A DNA stretch of 63,311 nt, counting the filler, from Chthonomonadaceae bacterium (GTDB lineage: Bacteria; Armatimonadota; Chthonomonadetes; Chthonomonadales; Chthonomonadaceae), in the NCBI GenBank assembly GCA_035650735.1. It is 4 parts of 4 records of this genome, joined end to end, with 100 filler letters (N's around TTAATTAATTAA, not from the genome) between each part and the next. Parts side by side here need not be neighbours in the genome. Positions count along the whole stretch, not along the records: positions 21,412 to 49,613 come from DASRGZ010000132.1; 3 more parts are not named here. The stretch is one strand, 5' to 3'. Positions 37,701-47,199 of this stretch are shown piece after piece. Numbering within the stretch: the stretch's first letter is position 1; each line of letters begins with the position of its first letter. The translations under genes and the position numbers were made by a program. The notes beneath the pieces are model-generated. The model had not been told where the DNA came from, ran no database searches, and saw only the letters and a list, made by a program, of their open reading frames with translations.

Positions 37701-38245
37701 ACGCGCATCCCGCGCCCGCCCCCGCCAAAAGAGGCTTTCAAAATCACCGGATAGCCGACCTGCGCTGCCCAGTCCGCCGCTGTCTGCGCGTCGGGGACCG
37801 GCTCCGCCGTGCCGGGCACGACCGGGATACCCAACTCCTGGGCGTTGCGCCGGGCGGCGGTCTTATCTCCCATCGCCTCCAGAATATCCGACGACGGCCC
37901 GATGAAGACGATCCCGGCAGCTTCGCAGGCGCGAGCGAAGTCGGGGTTCTCCGCCAGAAACCCGTAGCCGGGATGAATGGCGTCTACCGCATGGCGTCTG
38001 GCGATACGGATTATCGTCTCAATATCCAGGTACGCCTTCAGCGGATCGCGGCTTTCGGGCAGCGGGTAGGTTTCGTCGGCCTTATAGCGATGGAGGGCGC
38101 CGCGATCCTCTTTGGAATAGATGCCGAGCGTGCGGATGCCAAGCTCCGCGCAGGCGCGGAAGACACGGATGGCGATCTCGCTGCGGTTGGCAACCAGAAC
38201 GCGGTTAAAGGAGCGGACAGGCATGGGACGAGCTTTCTTTGACAA
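34778..38245 (-). CDS. pyc: Pyruvate carboxylase
   Basis: ANRSEIAIR and GGGGRGMR (BC), RDAHQSL and HFHTHDT (CT), EAMK biotin site. Confidence 0.98.
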   Translation of the reverse strand: MSKKARPMPVRSFNRVLVANRSEIAIRVFRACAELGIRTLGIYSKEDRGALHRYKADETYPLPESRDPLKAYLDIETIIRIARRHAVDAIHPGYGFLAENPDFARACEAAGIVFIGPSSDILEAMGDKTAARRNAQELGIPVVPGTAEPVPDAQTAADWAAQVGYPVILKASFGGGGRGMRVANDERELVDHFIAATREAEAAFGRGDIFLEKYLRHPKHIEVQVLADAYGNTLHLFERDCSVQRRHQKVIEIAPSISLPQTLREKLYAAAVRLAASVGYRNAGTVEFLVDQDGNYYFIEMNPRIQVEHTVTEMITGIDIVKSQIHIAEGYPLSDPAIGLPNQDAVQMRGYAIQCRITTEDPTNNFIPDYGRITHYRSAGGFGIRLDGGTAFTGAVITPFYDSMIVKVSAWSLDFQDACNKLVRALSEFRIRGVKTNIPFLENVINNPTFRAGTCTTTFVEETPDLFHFPERADRGTKLLKFIGDITVNGNPQVPADSRPQKLRPPVVPPYDQDSPVPEGTRDILKRLGPEKFAAWVREQKRLLVTDTTLRDAHQSLLATRLRTYDMLPAAGAIARDFPNLFSLEMWGGATFDVTMRFLSEDPWERLAVLRERIPNILFQMLLRGSNAVGYTNYPDNVVKEFARVAARDGIDVFRIFDSLNYVPAMLPAIEAVREAGAIAEAAICYTGDIFDPSRPKYNLNYYVRLAKELEAAGATMLGIKDMAGLCRPYAARKLVETLRQEVGIPVHFHTHDTAGGQVASLLFAAESGVDVVDAAISSMSGLTSQPSLEALVAALQRQPRDTQLDLLALMRHADYWRAVREQYAPFESDLKSSAGDVYLHEIPGGQYSNLRPQAEAMGVGDRLPELKRMYAVVNEMLGDIVKVTPSSKVVGDLALFMLTHNLTPETLLERAPELQFPESVVGLFLGEIGYPEGGFPPKLQEAVLKGRKPVQGRMAEVLPPVDFQAKCTEVEAKIHRKPSEEDVLSYLMYPKVFTDFSAHRREFSDVSPVPTTVFFYGMEPGEETAVTIEEGKTLFIKLIARTQPDHQGMVTLLYELNGQPREVKVPDRAMAASVHRHPKADRDNMHHVGAPMPGAVVEVGIKPGQAVEKDDFLVAIEAMKVQIYINSPIKAVVKEVLVKPGDRIDTDDLLVVFE

Positions 38246-38676
38246 CGTTGATCAAGATAGGTAAGCAAGCGCGCTTCTCGCTTCGGCGCGATAGCGTAAA
38301 ATCGGTCTCTATTACATTCGCGACAGGAAGCGCTATCCCCTGCGCGAACAAGTTAGAATTGATGGAAGGCGGCCCAGGACTTCTCCTGCCGACTTTGCAG
38401 ATTATGTGACATCGTTTGTGAAGCGAACAGAGTGCCAAAAAGCAGAGATCTGGCATTCGTGCCGACCTACCTGGCGCGTAATCTCCATCCTCATCTGCTG
38501 AAGCGCCGCAGACTGGGCTTGCTCTCGTAAAAGCAGAGCACGCCAACGCCCGCCCTCTGAGCGAACGCATTGGGCGCGGTACGGACAGGCCGACAAAGGT
38601 CATCTCAAAATAAATTCAAAAAATTTCGCCGTACTGCAACAAACGATCCTAGGAGGCGTATAATTAGATAACATAC

Positions 38677-38692
38677 AGTAAGGCGGCAAACA
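38677..38692 (+). promoter_or_regulatory. Candidate MarR operator (autoregulatory)
   Basis: AGTAAGGCGGCAAACA between TATAAT (38659) and the start codon; similar boxes at 39264 and 39294. Confidence 0.5.
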
Positions 38693-38694
38693 TA

Positions 38695-39219
38695 ATGAGA
38701 GACCCATTCCATACGACTTCGAAACGGGGAGCCATACTTCAGCAGGCGTTGACTCGATTTCCTGATCTCAATGTTAACGCGATCGAAGCCCACGTAGCAT
38801 TAGAGAACACCGCGGAAATCGCCGCTACGCTCACATTTACGCCACTCGAAGAGCACGGTATCTCGCGCGGAAAGTTCCATATTCTCATGTACCTGACCAT
38901 GGAAGAGATGCTGGGAAACGAGGCGCCAAGTCCCTCCGCCATTGCCGGGAGCCTGGGGGTCACACGGGCAACCGTAACACAACTCCTGGATGGACTGGAG
39001 CGCGACCGCTTTGTCGAGCGTCGGAACGTCGGGCATGATCGCAGAGCGCAGGCCATCCACCTGACGGAGGAAGGAAGGCGTCTATTCGATGTACTCGTTC
39101 CCTCGATCAGCCGTAAAATCGCCCGGTTTTACTCGCCGCTCAGTCCGAACGAAAGGCAGACTCTGATAAAGCTGCTCACAAAGCTGGCGGCACAAAACTC
39201 GGAACTCGCAGGCCGGTAG
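38695..39219 (+). CDS. MarR-family transcriptional regulator
   Basis: PSAIAGSLGVTRATVTQLLDGLERDRFVER...DRR...LTEEG. Confidence 0.92.
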   Translation: MRDPFHTTSKRGAILQQALTRFPDLNVNAIEAHVALENTAEIAATLTFTPLEEHGISRGKFHILMYLTMEEMLGNEAPSPSAIAGSLGVTRATVTQLLDGLERDRFVERRNVGHDRRAQAIHLTEEGRRLFDVLVPSISRKIARFYSPLSPNERQTLIKLLTKLAAQNSELAGR

Positions 39220-39500
39220 GACGTAACTCCCCGGCATCTGTTCCGGGTGACTTATGCCCATTTAGTTAGGTAGCATACAGTATCTCGCCTTATAGTATGG
39301 CGGCTAAAATACCGAGACATTCCATCAGGCTTGTCCTGCAAAGAGGAACATGAGTAACAATCCGCCGTTCGGGGGATGTCCTTTATTGCAAAAACGGCTA
39401 GACTTCCCACAAGGCGCTTATGTTCTTCTGCCGCACGGATAGGGTCACTTCACTTAGCGCAGGCTTGCGAACAGAGCAAGCCCAACGAAAGGAGACGCAG

Positions 39501-40301
39501 ATGAGAAAGTTCATTGTGGTGATTTTCCCGAACGAGACCACCGCCTATGAGGGAACGCGAGCGTTCAAGGAGTTGGATGCCGAAGGCAGCCTAACTCTCT
39601 ACGGCATGACGGTGGTCGCCAAGGAGACCGACGGAAATCTGTCGGTCAAACAGGACGCTGACCAGGGACCTCTGGGCCTGGCGGTCGGCACGCTCACCGG
39701 CGGCCTGATCGGCTTGCTCGGCGGCCCGGTGGGAGTCGCGATTGGCCTGGGCGGCGGCGCGCTGATCGGCAGTGTGAGCGACCTGTTCAATCTGGGGGTG
39801 AGCGCGGACTTCATCCAGGAGGTTTCGCAGCACCTCATCCCGGGCCGGCTCGCGCTCGTTGCGGACGTGGACGAGGAGTGGATCACGCCCCTCGATACCC
39901 GGATGGAGGCGCTCGGCGGCATTGTCGTGCGCGAGTGGCGGGCCGATGTCGAAGACGAGCTGTACCTGCGGGAAGTCAACGCGCGCAAGGCGGAGTTGGC
40001 GCAACTGAAAGCGGAATTCGCTCAAGCCCGCGAGGAGAACCGGGCGAAGGTGAAGGCGCGCATGGAGGAGGCGCAAGCCAAACTGGACGATGCTTTGACT
40101 CGCGCCCAGACCTGGCTCGATCAGCGCAAAGCGGAGACGGAAGCGAAGGCCAACGCGCTGCAAGAGCAGGCCGCGAAGGCCAGGGACGAGACCAGAGCGA
40201 AGATCGAGATGCGCATCACTGTGATGCGCGAAGACTACCACCGGCGCGCGGAAAAGCTGAAGCAGGCGCGGGAACTGGCGAAAGAGGCGCTCAGGCCGTA
40301 A
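39501..40301 (+). CDS. DUF1269-like membrane protein with coiled-coil C-terminus
   Basis: Gly-zipper GGLIGLLGGPVG, PLDTRMEALGG; strong RBS. Confidence 0.75.
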   Translation: MRKFIVVIFPNETTAYEGTRAFKELDAEGSLTLYGMTVVAKETDGNLSVKQDADQGPLGLAVGTLTGGLIGLLGGPVGVAIGLGGGALIGSVSDLFNLGVSADFIQEVSQHLIPGRLALVADVDEEWITPLDTRMEALGGIVVREWRADVEDELYLREVNARKAELAQLKAEFAQAREENRAKVKARMEEAQAKLDDALTRAQTWLDQRKAETEAKANALQEQAAKARDETRAKIEMRITVMREDYHRRAEKLKQARELAKEALRP

Positions 40302-40466
40302 AAGCGCTGGCGGCTTCGGTCGCGGGGCGTCTCCTCTCCCGCTCAGAGGAGACGCCCTGCGACCGAAGGCCTGGGAGGACGGCGCGCTCTACGTCGGCGC
40401 GGGTTTCACACGGAGCAAGACGTTTCATTATGCAAGACGTTTTACCTGGGAGAAAGGAGAACGATC

Positions 40467-41030
40467 ATGTTGACACAATTAAGCCGCTACTGGTGGGTGA
40501 TCGCCCTGCGGGGCGTCGTGGCGATCCTCTTCGGGATCATCGCCTTCAGTCAGCCCACGACCACCCTCGTGGCCCTGGTCTGGCTCTGGGGAGCCTATGC
40601 CATCGCCGACGGGGTCTGCGCCCTCTTCGCCTCGGTTCGCGCTGCCGAGCAAGGCCGGAACTGGGGGATGCTGCTGCTGTCGGGCCTCTGCGGGATCGTC
40701 GCCGGGATCATCGCCTTTGCCTGGACAGGGATAACCGCCCTGGTGCTGCTCTATCTCGTCGCAGCCTGGGCGATCGTGACCGGCATCTTGGAGATCGCGG
40801 CGGCGATAGGACTGCGGCAAATTATCGAGGGCGAATGGCTGCTGGGTCTGAGCGGCGTTCTCTCCGTTCTGTTGGGAGTGGCGCTCATAGCCAACCCCCG
40901 GGCGGGACTGGTCGCCACCGTATGGATGATCGGCGTCTACGCCCTGCTCTTCGGAGTAACGATGCTGGCGCTGGCGTTCCGCCTGCGGACGCTGGGCCAT
41001 CCTTCCGTTCCGCATTCTACGACGGCGTGA
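40467..41030 (+). CDS. HdeD/DUF308-family membrane protein
   Basis: WWVIALRGVVAILFG, GAYAIADG, GEWLL. Confidence 0.88.
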   Translation: MLTQLSRYWWVIALRGVVAILFGIIAFSQPTTTLVALVWLWGAYAIADGVCALFASVRAAEQGRNWGMLLLSGLCGIVAGIIAFAWTGITALVLLYLVAAWAIVTGILEIAAAIGLRQIIEGEWLLGLSGVLSVLLGVALIANPRAGLVATVWMIGVYALLFGVTMLALAFRLRTLGHPSVPHSTTA

Positions 41031-41180
41031 GCCGGACGCCGATCTCCCGGAGCGCTCCGGGAGATCGGCGTCCTCCTGGATTTTGTCCCGAAAAACAGGA
41101 CTGTCGCCTGAAAGGAGCAGCCCTGTTTCCATTACGGTCTGTTCGCATCCATGCGACGGCTTCTATGAGAAGGTTCAGCG

Positions 41181-41831
41181 ATGCTAAAAACGATCTCAAA
41201 TCTGTCCCTCTGTGCGTTGCTGGTTCTCTTTATTTCCTGGCCTGTCGGCGGTCAAGAGGCCGGAACGTCCAAACCGGCCGCCCAGCAACCCTCCAATGTG
41301 CAGGAACTCCTGGCCTGCCTGGAACGGGCCGCCGCCGACTTGCAGGACTACACCGTGACCGGAACGACCGAGGCGCACGGAAAGAAACAGACGTTCAAAA
41401 TGGCCTTTAAGCGGCCCCACTTCGTCCGCATTGACACGCCCGACGGGCAGGTCGCCGTACAGCCCAACAGCGAGATCAAAGGCCGCCTGGGGCATGGCCC
41501 GCTTGGGAAGATCGCGCAGACGTTGGGCCGCCGCGACAAGCGCCTCCAGGATGCCGAGGGCATTCCTTTCTATGAGTCGGACTTTGTGTCCATGCTGGCG
41601 CGTGTTCAGGCGCAGATCAAAGGCGGCGCTGCCGCAGCCATGCAGGCGAGCGCGACCTCCTACCTTCTGGAGATCCGTTCCGGCGACACAGCCTGGAAAT
41701 ATCGGCTTGCCAAAAGCGACTTTTCCCTGCAAGAGAGCAGCCGCTGGGTGAACGGCAAGCAGGCGGAGATCACGCGCTATGCGGATTTTCACGCGAACAC
41801 GGGAATTAAGACCGCCTTTTTCAGATTTTGA
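41181..41831 (+). CDS. Secreted LolA-fold-like protein
   Basis: Signal peptide; FKRPHFVRID and NTGIKTAFF pattern. Confidence 0.55.
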   Translation: MLKTISNLSLCALLVLFISWPVGGQEAGTSKPAAQQPSNVQELLACLERAAADLQDYTVTGTTEAHGKKQTFKMAFKRPHFVRIDTPDGQVAVQPNSEIKGRLGHGPLGKIAQTLGRRDKRLQDAEGIPFYESDFVSMLARVQAQIKGGAAAAMQASATSYLLEIRSGDTAWKYRLAKSDFSLQESSRWVNGKQAEITRYADFHANTGIKTAFFRF

Positions 41832-41900
41832 GCGTACTCTGCCACTACGTTGGCAGGAAGGGTAATGCAGGCGGTCTACGCGAATCGAAAGGAGGAGCAA

Positions 41901-43307
41901 ATGCCTGATCTGGCGAGAGAGGACTCTGCGGCCCCCCGCGCGTCCTCCGATCTATCCTCACTGGAGGAAGCGCGAGCTGAGGACGCCCAAGACCTGGCAA
42001 ACGCTCGCCTGGATGAGGGGGACGAAGGCGCAGAGAGACCCTGGTGGCGCAGCATCGGTCCGGGCCTGATCACCGGCGCGGCGGATGACGATCCCTCCGG
42101 CATCGGAACCTACTCGGTCACGGGCGCGCAGTTCGGCTATCGCCTGCTCTGGCTGGTTCCCTTCTGCCTTCCCTTGATGATCGCTATCCAGGAGATGTGC
42201 GGGCGGATTGGCGTCGTCACCGGCAAAGGACTGGCGGCAGCCATCAAGGAACACTATCCCAGGTGGATGCTCACCGGGGCGATTCTGCTGCTGATCGGGG
42301 CCAATGTTACCAACATCTATGCTGACCTCAACGTCATGGCGGCCTCGGCACAGATGCTGTTTCACGGCACGTTCGTCTTCTGGCTGACGCTGCTGGCGGC
42401 AGGGATCATCGGAATGCAGATCGCCGTGCCGTATCGGCTCTATGTGCGCTGGCTGAAATGGCTCTGCCTGGCCTTGCTGGGGTATGTCGTGACTGCGTTT
42501 ATGCCAGGCACGCACAACGACTGGGGACAGATCGCCCGGCATCTCTTCATGCCGGAGTGGCAGAACAATCCCCGGTTCCTCCTGACGGTGGTAGGGTTTT
42601 TGGGAACGACGATTTCGCCCTATCTGTTCTTCTGGCAGGCCGGTGAGGAGGTCGAAGAGGAGATCGAGGCAGGCAAGGAGGATGCGCCCGGACACCGCAT
42701 CGCTCCCGCCGATGACAGGGAGATACGCAGCCTGCGCCTGGATACGATCATCGGGATGTTTGCTTCTCAGGCCGTGACCTTTTTCATCATACTCTGTACA
42801 GCCACGGACCTGCACGACAAAGGCATCACCGACATCAACACCGCCCAGGACGCCGCGCGGGCGCTGCTGCCTCTGGGCCGGGCGGCCTATTGGCTCTTCG
42901 CCCTGGGTATTCTGGGAACCGGCTCACTTGCCATACCGACGCTGGCCGGCTCGATAGGTTATGCGGTCGCCGAAGCCAACGACTGGCGCTATGGGCTGTA
43001 TCGCCGGTTTGCACGCGCACGCGCGTTTTACCTGGTCATTGCCGCGGCGGTTGTAGGCGGCTACGCGCTGAACTTTGTCAAGAGCATCAGTCCGGTCAAA
43101 GCGCTGCTCTATTCGGCGGCCATGAACGGCGTGTTCGCGCCGCCGTTGATTGTGATCCTGCTGCTCGTCTGCAATAATCGCAACATCTTTGGGAACCGCA
43201 GCAATGGGCGGCTGTCTAACATTTTAGGCGCGATCACGGTGGTATTCATGGGGGCCGCAGCGGCGATCTTGATCTGGGCGCTCATCACGGGGAGGGCCGC
43301 AAGTTGA
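41901..43307 (+). CDS. NRAMP-family divalent metal transporter
   Basis: GPGLITGAADDDPSGIGTYS, GTTISPYLFFWQ. Confidence 0.92.
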   Translation: MPDLAREDSAAPRASSDLSSLEEARAEDAQDLANARLDEGDEGAERPWWRSIGPGLITGAADDDPSGIGTYSVTGAQFGYRLLWLVPFCLPLMIAIQEMCGRIGVVTGKGLAAAIKEHYPRWMLTGAILLLIGANVTNIYADLNVMAASAQMLFHGTFVFWLTLLAAGIIGMQIAVPYRLYVRWLKWLCLALLGYVVTAFMPGTHNDWGQIARHLFMPEWQNNPRFLLTVVGFLGTTISPYLFFWQAGEEVEEEIEAGKEDAPGHRIAPADDREIRSLRLDTIIGMFASQAVTFFIILCTATDLHDKGITDINTAQDAARALLPLGRAAYWLFALGILGTGSLAIPTLAGSIGYAVAEANDWRYGLYRRFARARAFYLVIAAAVVGGYALNFVKSISPVKALLYSAAMNGVFAPPLIVILLLVCNNRNIFGNRSNGRLSNILGAITVVFMGAAAAILIWALITGRAAS

Positions 43308-43424
43308 GCACCGATGCCGTTCTTCACCCGACGATGGGCTTGCTCTTTTCACAGCCGCCGTGAAGACCGGCTGCTTATGAGCAGCGCTGATAGCCCACAA
43401 ACCAGAGAAGGGAAGGAGTTGCTT

Positions 43425-44187
43425 ATGTTCCAGGTCAACGATGCCCTGCTTGAATTGTTCCAGGCGCATGACATCCATGCTACCCTTCATGGCGAATGGA
43501 TCATTTTTTCCGCAACACCATACACGAGCCAATGCCTCGATTGTTCGCGAGCTCAGGCAACAGGCTGCGATATCTGTCCAGCTAGACGTGCGATTTGAGA
43601 TCGCGCCGGGACGCACTATCATCGAATCGTTCTCGGGGGTTGGCGAGACAAGAGAGAAGGCCGTCTCTGATGCCTTCGACAATTTTGCCCTCAATTCATT
43701 CCATGTGCTTCTTGCGGCCTTTCTCGACCCAAACGATGATCACGTTTCCGAGGAGGAATGGATAATCGGCGGCGAAAAGAGACGCGTGACGTTGGGCAAC
43801 ATTGGGGTTCGGGGCAAGCCGCCCGTTTCAGGGGAGCAGTTGGGCGGCTGGTTCGAGCCGTTTGAGCAAAAGATCAAGGAGAAATCTCTCGGTCCGGAGA
43901 CGTACTGGATGCGACTGTACTATGGACAGAGACAGGGCAAGACAATGGCCTGTGAAGTTCTCCTGGACAATACGGTGTGGGAGGAGATGCAGACGGCAAT
44001 AGCCGCCCTTGACTGGCCGCCTGGCGAAGAGTTCTACAGTGTCCGTCTCTTCCTGGTCATTCACGGCCAGAATGGAGATGCCTTGACTCCAGTAAACACA
44101 ACTTCGCTTCACGGACAATCCACGCCCAAAACCCAAGCCTCGGATGCAAAAGCCCGCCTCCCCTGGTGGCGGTTCCGGCGTCGCTAA
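43425..44187 (+). pseudogene. DUF6348-like protein with frameshift near 43505-43515
   Basis: MFQVNDALLELF start with RBS in one frame; QLDV, IIESFSGVG, FHVLLAAF, EVLLDN, FYSVRLF in the next. Confidence 0.6.
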
Positions 44188-44265
44188 GGCGATAGGATAG
44201 CAGCGCGGCGATGGATGTGTCTGGGGTTGTTTTCACAATCTTTCAAGATGAATAGGGAGTGTCCC

Positions 44266-44739
44266 TTGAGAAAGCGACTACGCAAGAAAAAGCATATCGG
44301 CGAGTTCCAAGAGCTTGGCTTCCAGGTGGAGTGGCGTTGGTCCCAGCCGCTAGATGTGGATGCATTTGAGCAGTTCTGGGAACGATTCCTGGCGTTGATT
44401 GAAGCGAAAGGCTTGACTTTCGGCGGCGGCAGTGATGCGGAGCATGGCTCCGGCTTTATCTGTAGCGCGCGCCCTGGGTCGGCAGAGGAGCAAGACCGTT
44501 CCGAGGTTAAAGCCTGGTTACTGGAACAGCCGCACATAGCTCAGGTTGATGTCGGCCCTTTGGAAGATGCCTGGCATAGCAGCAATCGTCAGTATGCCCA
44601 ATGTGAGCGATGGCTGACACGAGAGCATAACTCAACAACGGAACCAGGAACCGTTTTGCGTCAAGAGCGAGTGATGATACCGCCGGTGTATGGGAGCCGA
44701 AAGTATACTGCTCATATTCGCTGTGTGCGGTGGTACTGA
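44266..44739 (+). CDS. YggL/DUF469-family protein with atypical C-terminal extension
   Basis: RKRLRKKKHIGEFQELGF, FGGG, VGPLEDAW. Confidence 0.8.
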   Translation: MRKRLRKKKHIGEFQELGFQVEWRWSQPLDVDAFEQFWERFLALIEAKGLTFGGGSDAEHGSGFICSARPGSAEEQDRSEVKAWLLEQPHIAQVDVGPLEDAWHSSNRQYAQCERWLTREHNSTTEPGTVLRQERVMIPPVYGSRKYTAHIRCVRWY

Positions 44740-44837
44740 CGTGTTTCCATTGGCTGAGTGCGTCTCTTAACATTGTTCGCTTATCAGGCGTGCTATAATA
44801 TAGGCAATATAGGCAGACTTTAATTGCGAGGGGGACC

Positions 44838-45290
44838 ATGAGCGAACTGGTGAGCATTGTCTATAAGCCGCAGGATGTAGACGAACCCGTTAGCGGCTAT
44901 ACGCGCGTGCCGTTGCAGGAGGCGCGGCTGATCGAAGGCTATGGCATCGAGGGCGACGGAAAGGGCGGCGTTTCCGGACGGAATTTGAACCTCATGTCGG
45001 CGGAGTCGGTGCGGGGGCTGGCGCAGGAGGGCTTTCGTACCGGGCCGGGACAACTCGGCGAGCAACTGATCATCGGTGGGCTGGACGTGGATGCGCTGCC
45101 CGGCGGGACGCGCCTCCAGATTGGCGAGACGGCGTGTGTGGAACTGACGAAGCCGCGTACGGGCTGCGCCACCTTTGAGCGGCATCAGGACAAACTGCGG
45201 CAGGAGGCCGCCGGACGCATGGGCATGATGGCGCAGGTGATTGTAGGCGGCACCATCCGGGTAGGCGATCCGGTGCTGGTTCTAGATTAA
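44838..45290 (+). CDS. MOSC-domain protein
   Basis: GIEGD, GQLGEQL, ELTKPRTGC, GGTIRVGD; TGCTATAAT upstream at 44791. Confidence 0.88.
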   Translation: MSELVSIVYKPQDVDEPVSGYTRVPLQEARLIEGYGIEGDGKGGVSGRNLNLMSAESVRGLAQEGFRTGPGQLGEQLIIGGLDVDALPGGTRLQIGETACVELTKPRTGCATFERHQDKLRQEAAGRMGMMAQVIVGGTIRVGDPVLVLD

Positions 45291-45299
45291 TAGGATGGC

Positions 45300-46661
45300 T
45301 CACGTTCTGGCTTCCCTCCAGACCGGCAATGCGGCGATGTTGAGATGCCGCGCCCCATCGAGCGGCAGCGCGGAGGGGCCGACAGAGGGGAAATCAGCAG
45401 GCGCTTCCATCTGTACGGTCTGTACGGCGGCGCTGTCTCCGACGATGTCCGTCGGCTCCTGTGCCCGGCCCGCGATGGTGTTGCCCGCGAAGTAGATGCC
45501 TGTACAGCCGGCGGCGACGGAGAGTGCCGGGCCTTTGCCCGGCGCAAACGTGTTGTCCAGGATGGCGATGTTATGCAGGCCGCCTGCAATGCAGATCTCA
45601 TATTCGGCGTCGCCGCGACGAGCCGTCGTGCGGCCAGGTACGCCCCGGTGAATGCGTGCAATGCCGGTCTCCTGTTCGGCGGCGCCGCGACAGTTGGGGC
45701 CGATAGTGTTGGCTTCGATCCGTATCCTGTCGCCGCCTTGCACCGCGGGACGCCGAAAGGCGATGCCCTGCAATTGGTTGCCGACGATCCGGTTCCCGCG
45801 AATCAGATGATCCGTATCCCGCTCCCCGATGGATATGCCCGCCGCGCCGTTGGCTTCCAGCCGGTTCTCCGCGCAGATCGAGTGCGTGGTGCGCAGGCAG
45901 TAGAAGACGCCGAAGCCGCCGTTGTCATGAACCGCGTTGCCCTCCATGACGTAGCGCACCGAGCCGCTGCCGGGATGCAGGCCGCTTCCGGTGTTGTCGT
46001 GAAGGTAGCAGCGGCGGATAAGAATGTCGGCGCACTGCTGGAAACTGATCGCGTCCCCGTTGTAATGCCGCACCTCGATGCCTTCCAGCCGCACGCGCCG
46101 GCACTGAAGCAGAAACACGCCCCCACCCCGGCAGCCGTTGAGCGCGCGCGTCTCCTCCGGGTTGCCGTCGAGCGTGAGGTTTTCCACCGCTGCCTCCGCA
46201 ACGTTCCAGCCCTCAATCAGCGGGAACAGGCTCGTCACCCGCCCATTGTGCGAGGGATGGTAATCGTGGTTGAGCATCCGATCAATAAAGAAGAGGTCCC
46301 CCTGACGCGCGATGATCGTGGCTACCGTGTCATAGAAGCCGTTCGAGTGGTCGTCGTGGATATGGACGCCCATGCCGACGCGGAACGTCTCCGGCTCGGT
46401 CACAGTGAACTCGTAATGGCCGTAGCCGATATAGTCGAGCAGGGGGCTGGTGACGCTGGGAATCTTTTGCAGCACCGTCCCCGGCTCCCCCACCAAGCGC
46501 ACTCCGTTGCGCAGATGTAGCGCATCCTGCATCCGGTAGGTGCCCGCCGGGATCTCCACGACGCCACCTCCGGCCTCTGCGACCGCATCCACCGCCCGCT
46601 GGAGGCTCTCGTTCGTTCTGTCCTGGTCGTGCCGGACATTTACGGTAATTCCTTTGCTCAT
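45300..46661 (-). CDS. Right-handed parallel beta-helix protein (pectin lyase-like)
   Basis: LQRAVD..GGGVVEIPAGTY; repeated N-x-x-x-G-(I/V) coils. Confidence 0.85.
   Translation of the reverse strand: MSKGITVNVRHDQDRTNESLQRAVDAVAEAGGGVVEIPAGTYRMQDALHLRNGVRLVGEPGTVLQKIPSVTSPLLDYIGYGHYEFTVTEPETFRVGMGVHIHDDHSNGFYDTVATIIARQGDLFFIDRMLNHDYHPSHNGRVTSLFPLIEGWNVAEAAVENLTLDGNPEETRALNGCRGGGVFLLQCRRVRLEGIEVRHYNGDAISFQQCADILIRRCYLHDNTGSGLHPGSGSVRYVMEGNAVHDNGGFGVFYCLRTTHSICAENRLEANGAAGISIGERDTDHLIRGNRIVGNQLQGIAFRRPAVQGGDRIRIEANTIGPNCRGAAEQETGIARIHRGVPGRTTARRGDAEYEICIAGGLHNIAILDNTFAPGKGPALSVAAGCTGIYFAGNTIAGRAQEPTDIVGDSAAVQTVQMEAPADFPSVGPSALPLDGARHLNIAALPVWREART
45585..45691. repeat. In-frame repeat-spacer-repeat unit (35/37/35 bp)
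   Basis: 45585-45619 and 45657-45691 match at 30/35 positions. Confidence 0.8.
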
Positions 46662-46724
46662 TGGCGTTTCCTTCTCTGCTCGCAGTCCTCTTCGCTCTCA
46701 GAGTGTTTACGGAACCCGGTTGCG

Positions 46725-47180
46725 CCCGGCCCTAAAGGACCGGGCTGCGGACGGCAAGCCCCATAAATGGGGCTGCGCAGGGTGGATCGGTTCCTACCAA
46801 AGGCAAAGGAATCCACGCGCTCCGCCTGGAGAGCCTCTCGCAGAGGCTAACCAACCTCTCGTAGCCCGCTGATGATCCTTGCCCTTCTGAATCGGTCCTT
46901 GCCCGCGTAGGTGTCGCTAGGCGGAGGCAGGGGCCGTAACCCTGCCGACCCTTGCCGTCCATTGCAGGCCCGACCCTGGCAGTCAACCTTAAGCGCCGCT
47001 TCTACCAGGCCGAGATAATATCCTTGCCGTCCATTGCAGGCCCGCCCCTTGCCGTCAACGGGCCGCAGGCCCCACAGCGGCAGGGTTTAGCCTGCCGGCA
47101 AAGCCAGACGTTACCGATTTAGGTTGTCAAAGGTCATCAGGGGGCTTGCCGTCCGCAGCCCACTCGTTTACGGGTGGGCT
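46725..47180. repeat. Nested REP/MITE-like cluster
   Basis: GGGCTGCGGACGGCAAGCCCC inverted at 46742 and 47141; imperfect 28-bp IR at 46869 and 47113-47140; internal CCTTGCCGTC repeats. Confidence 0.75.
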
Positions 47181-47199
47181 GCTAGCAATTACCGTCCCG

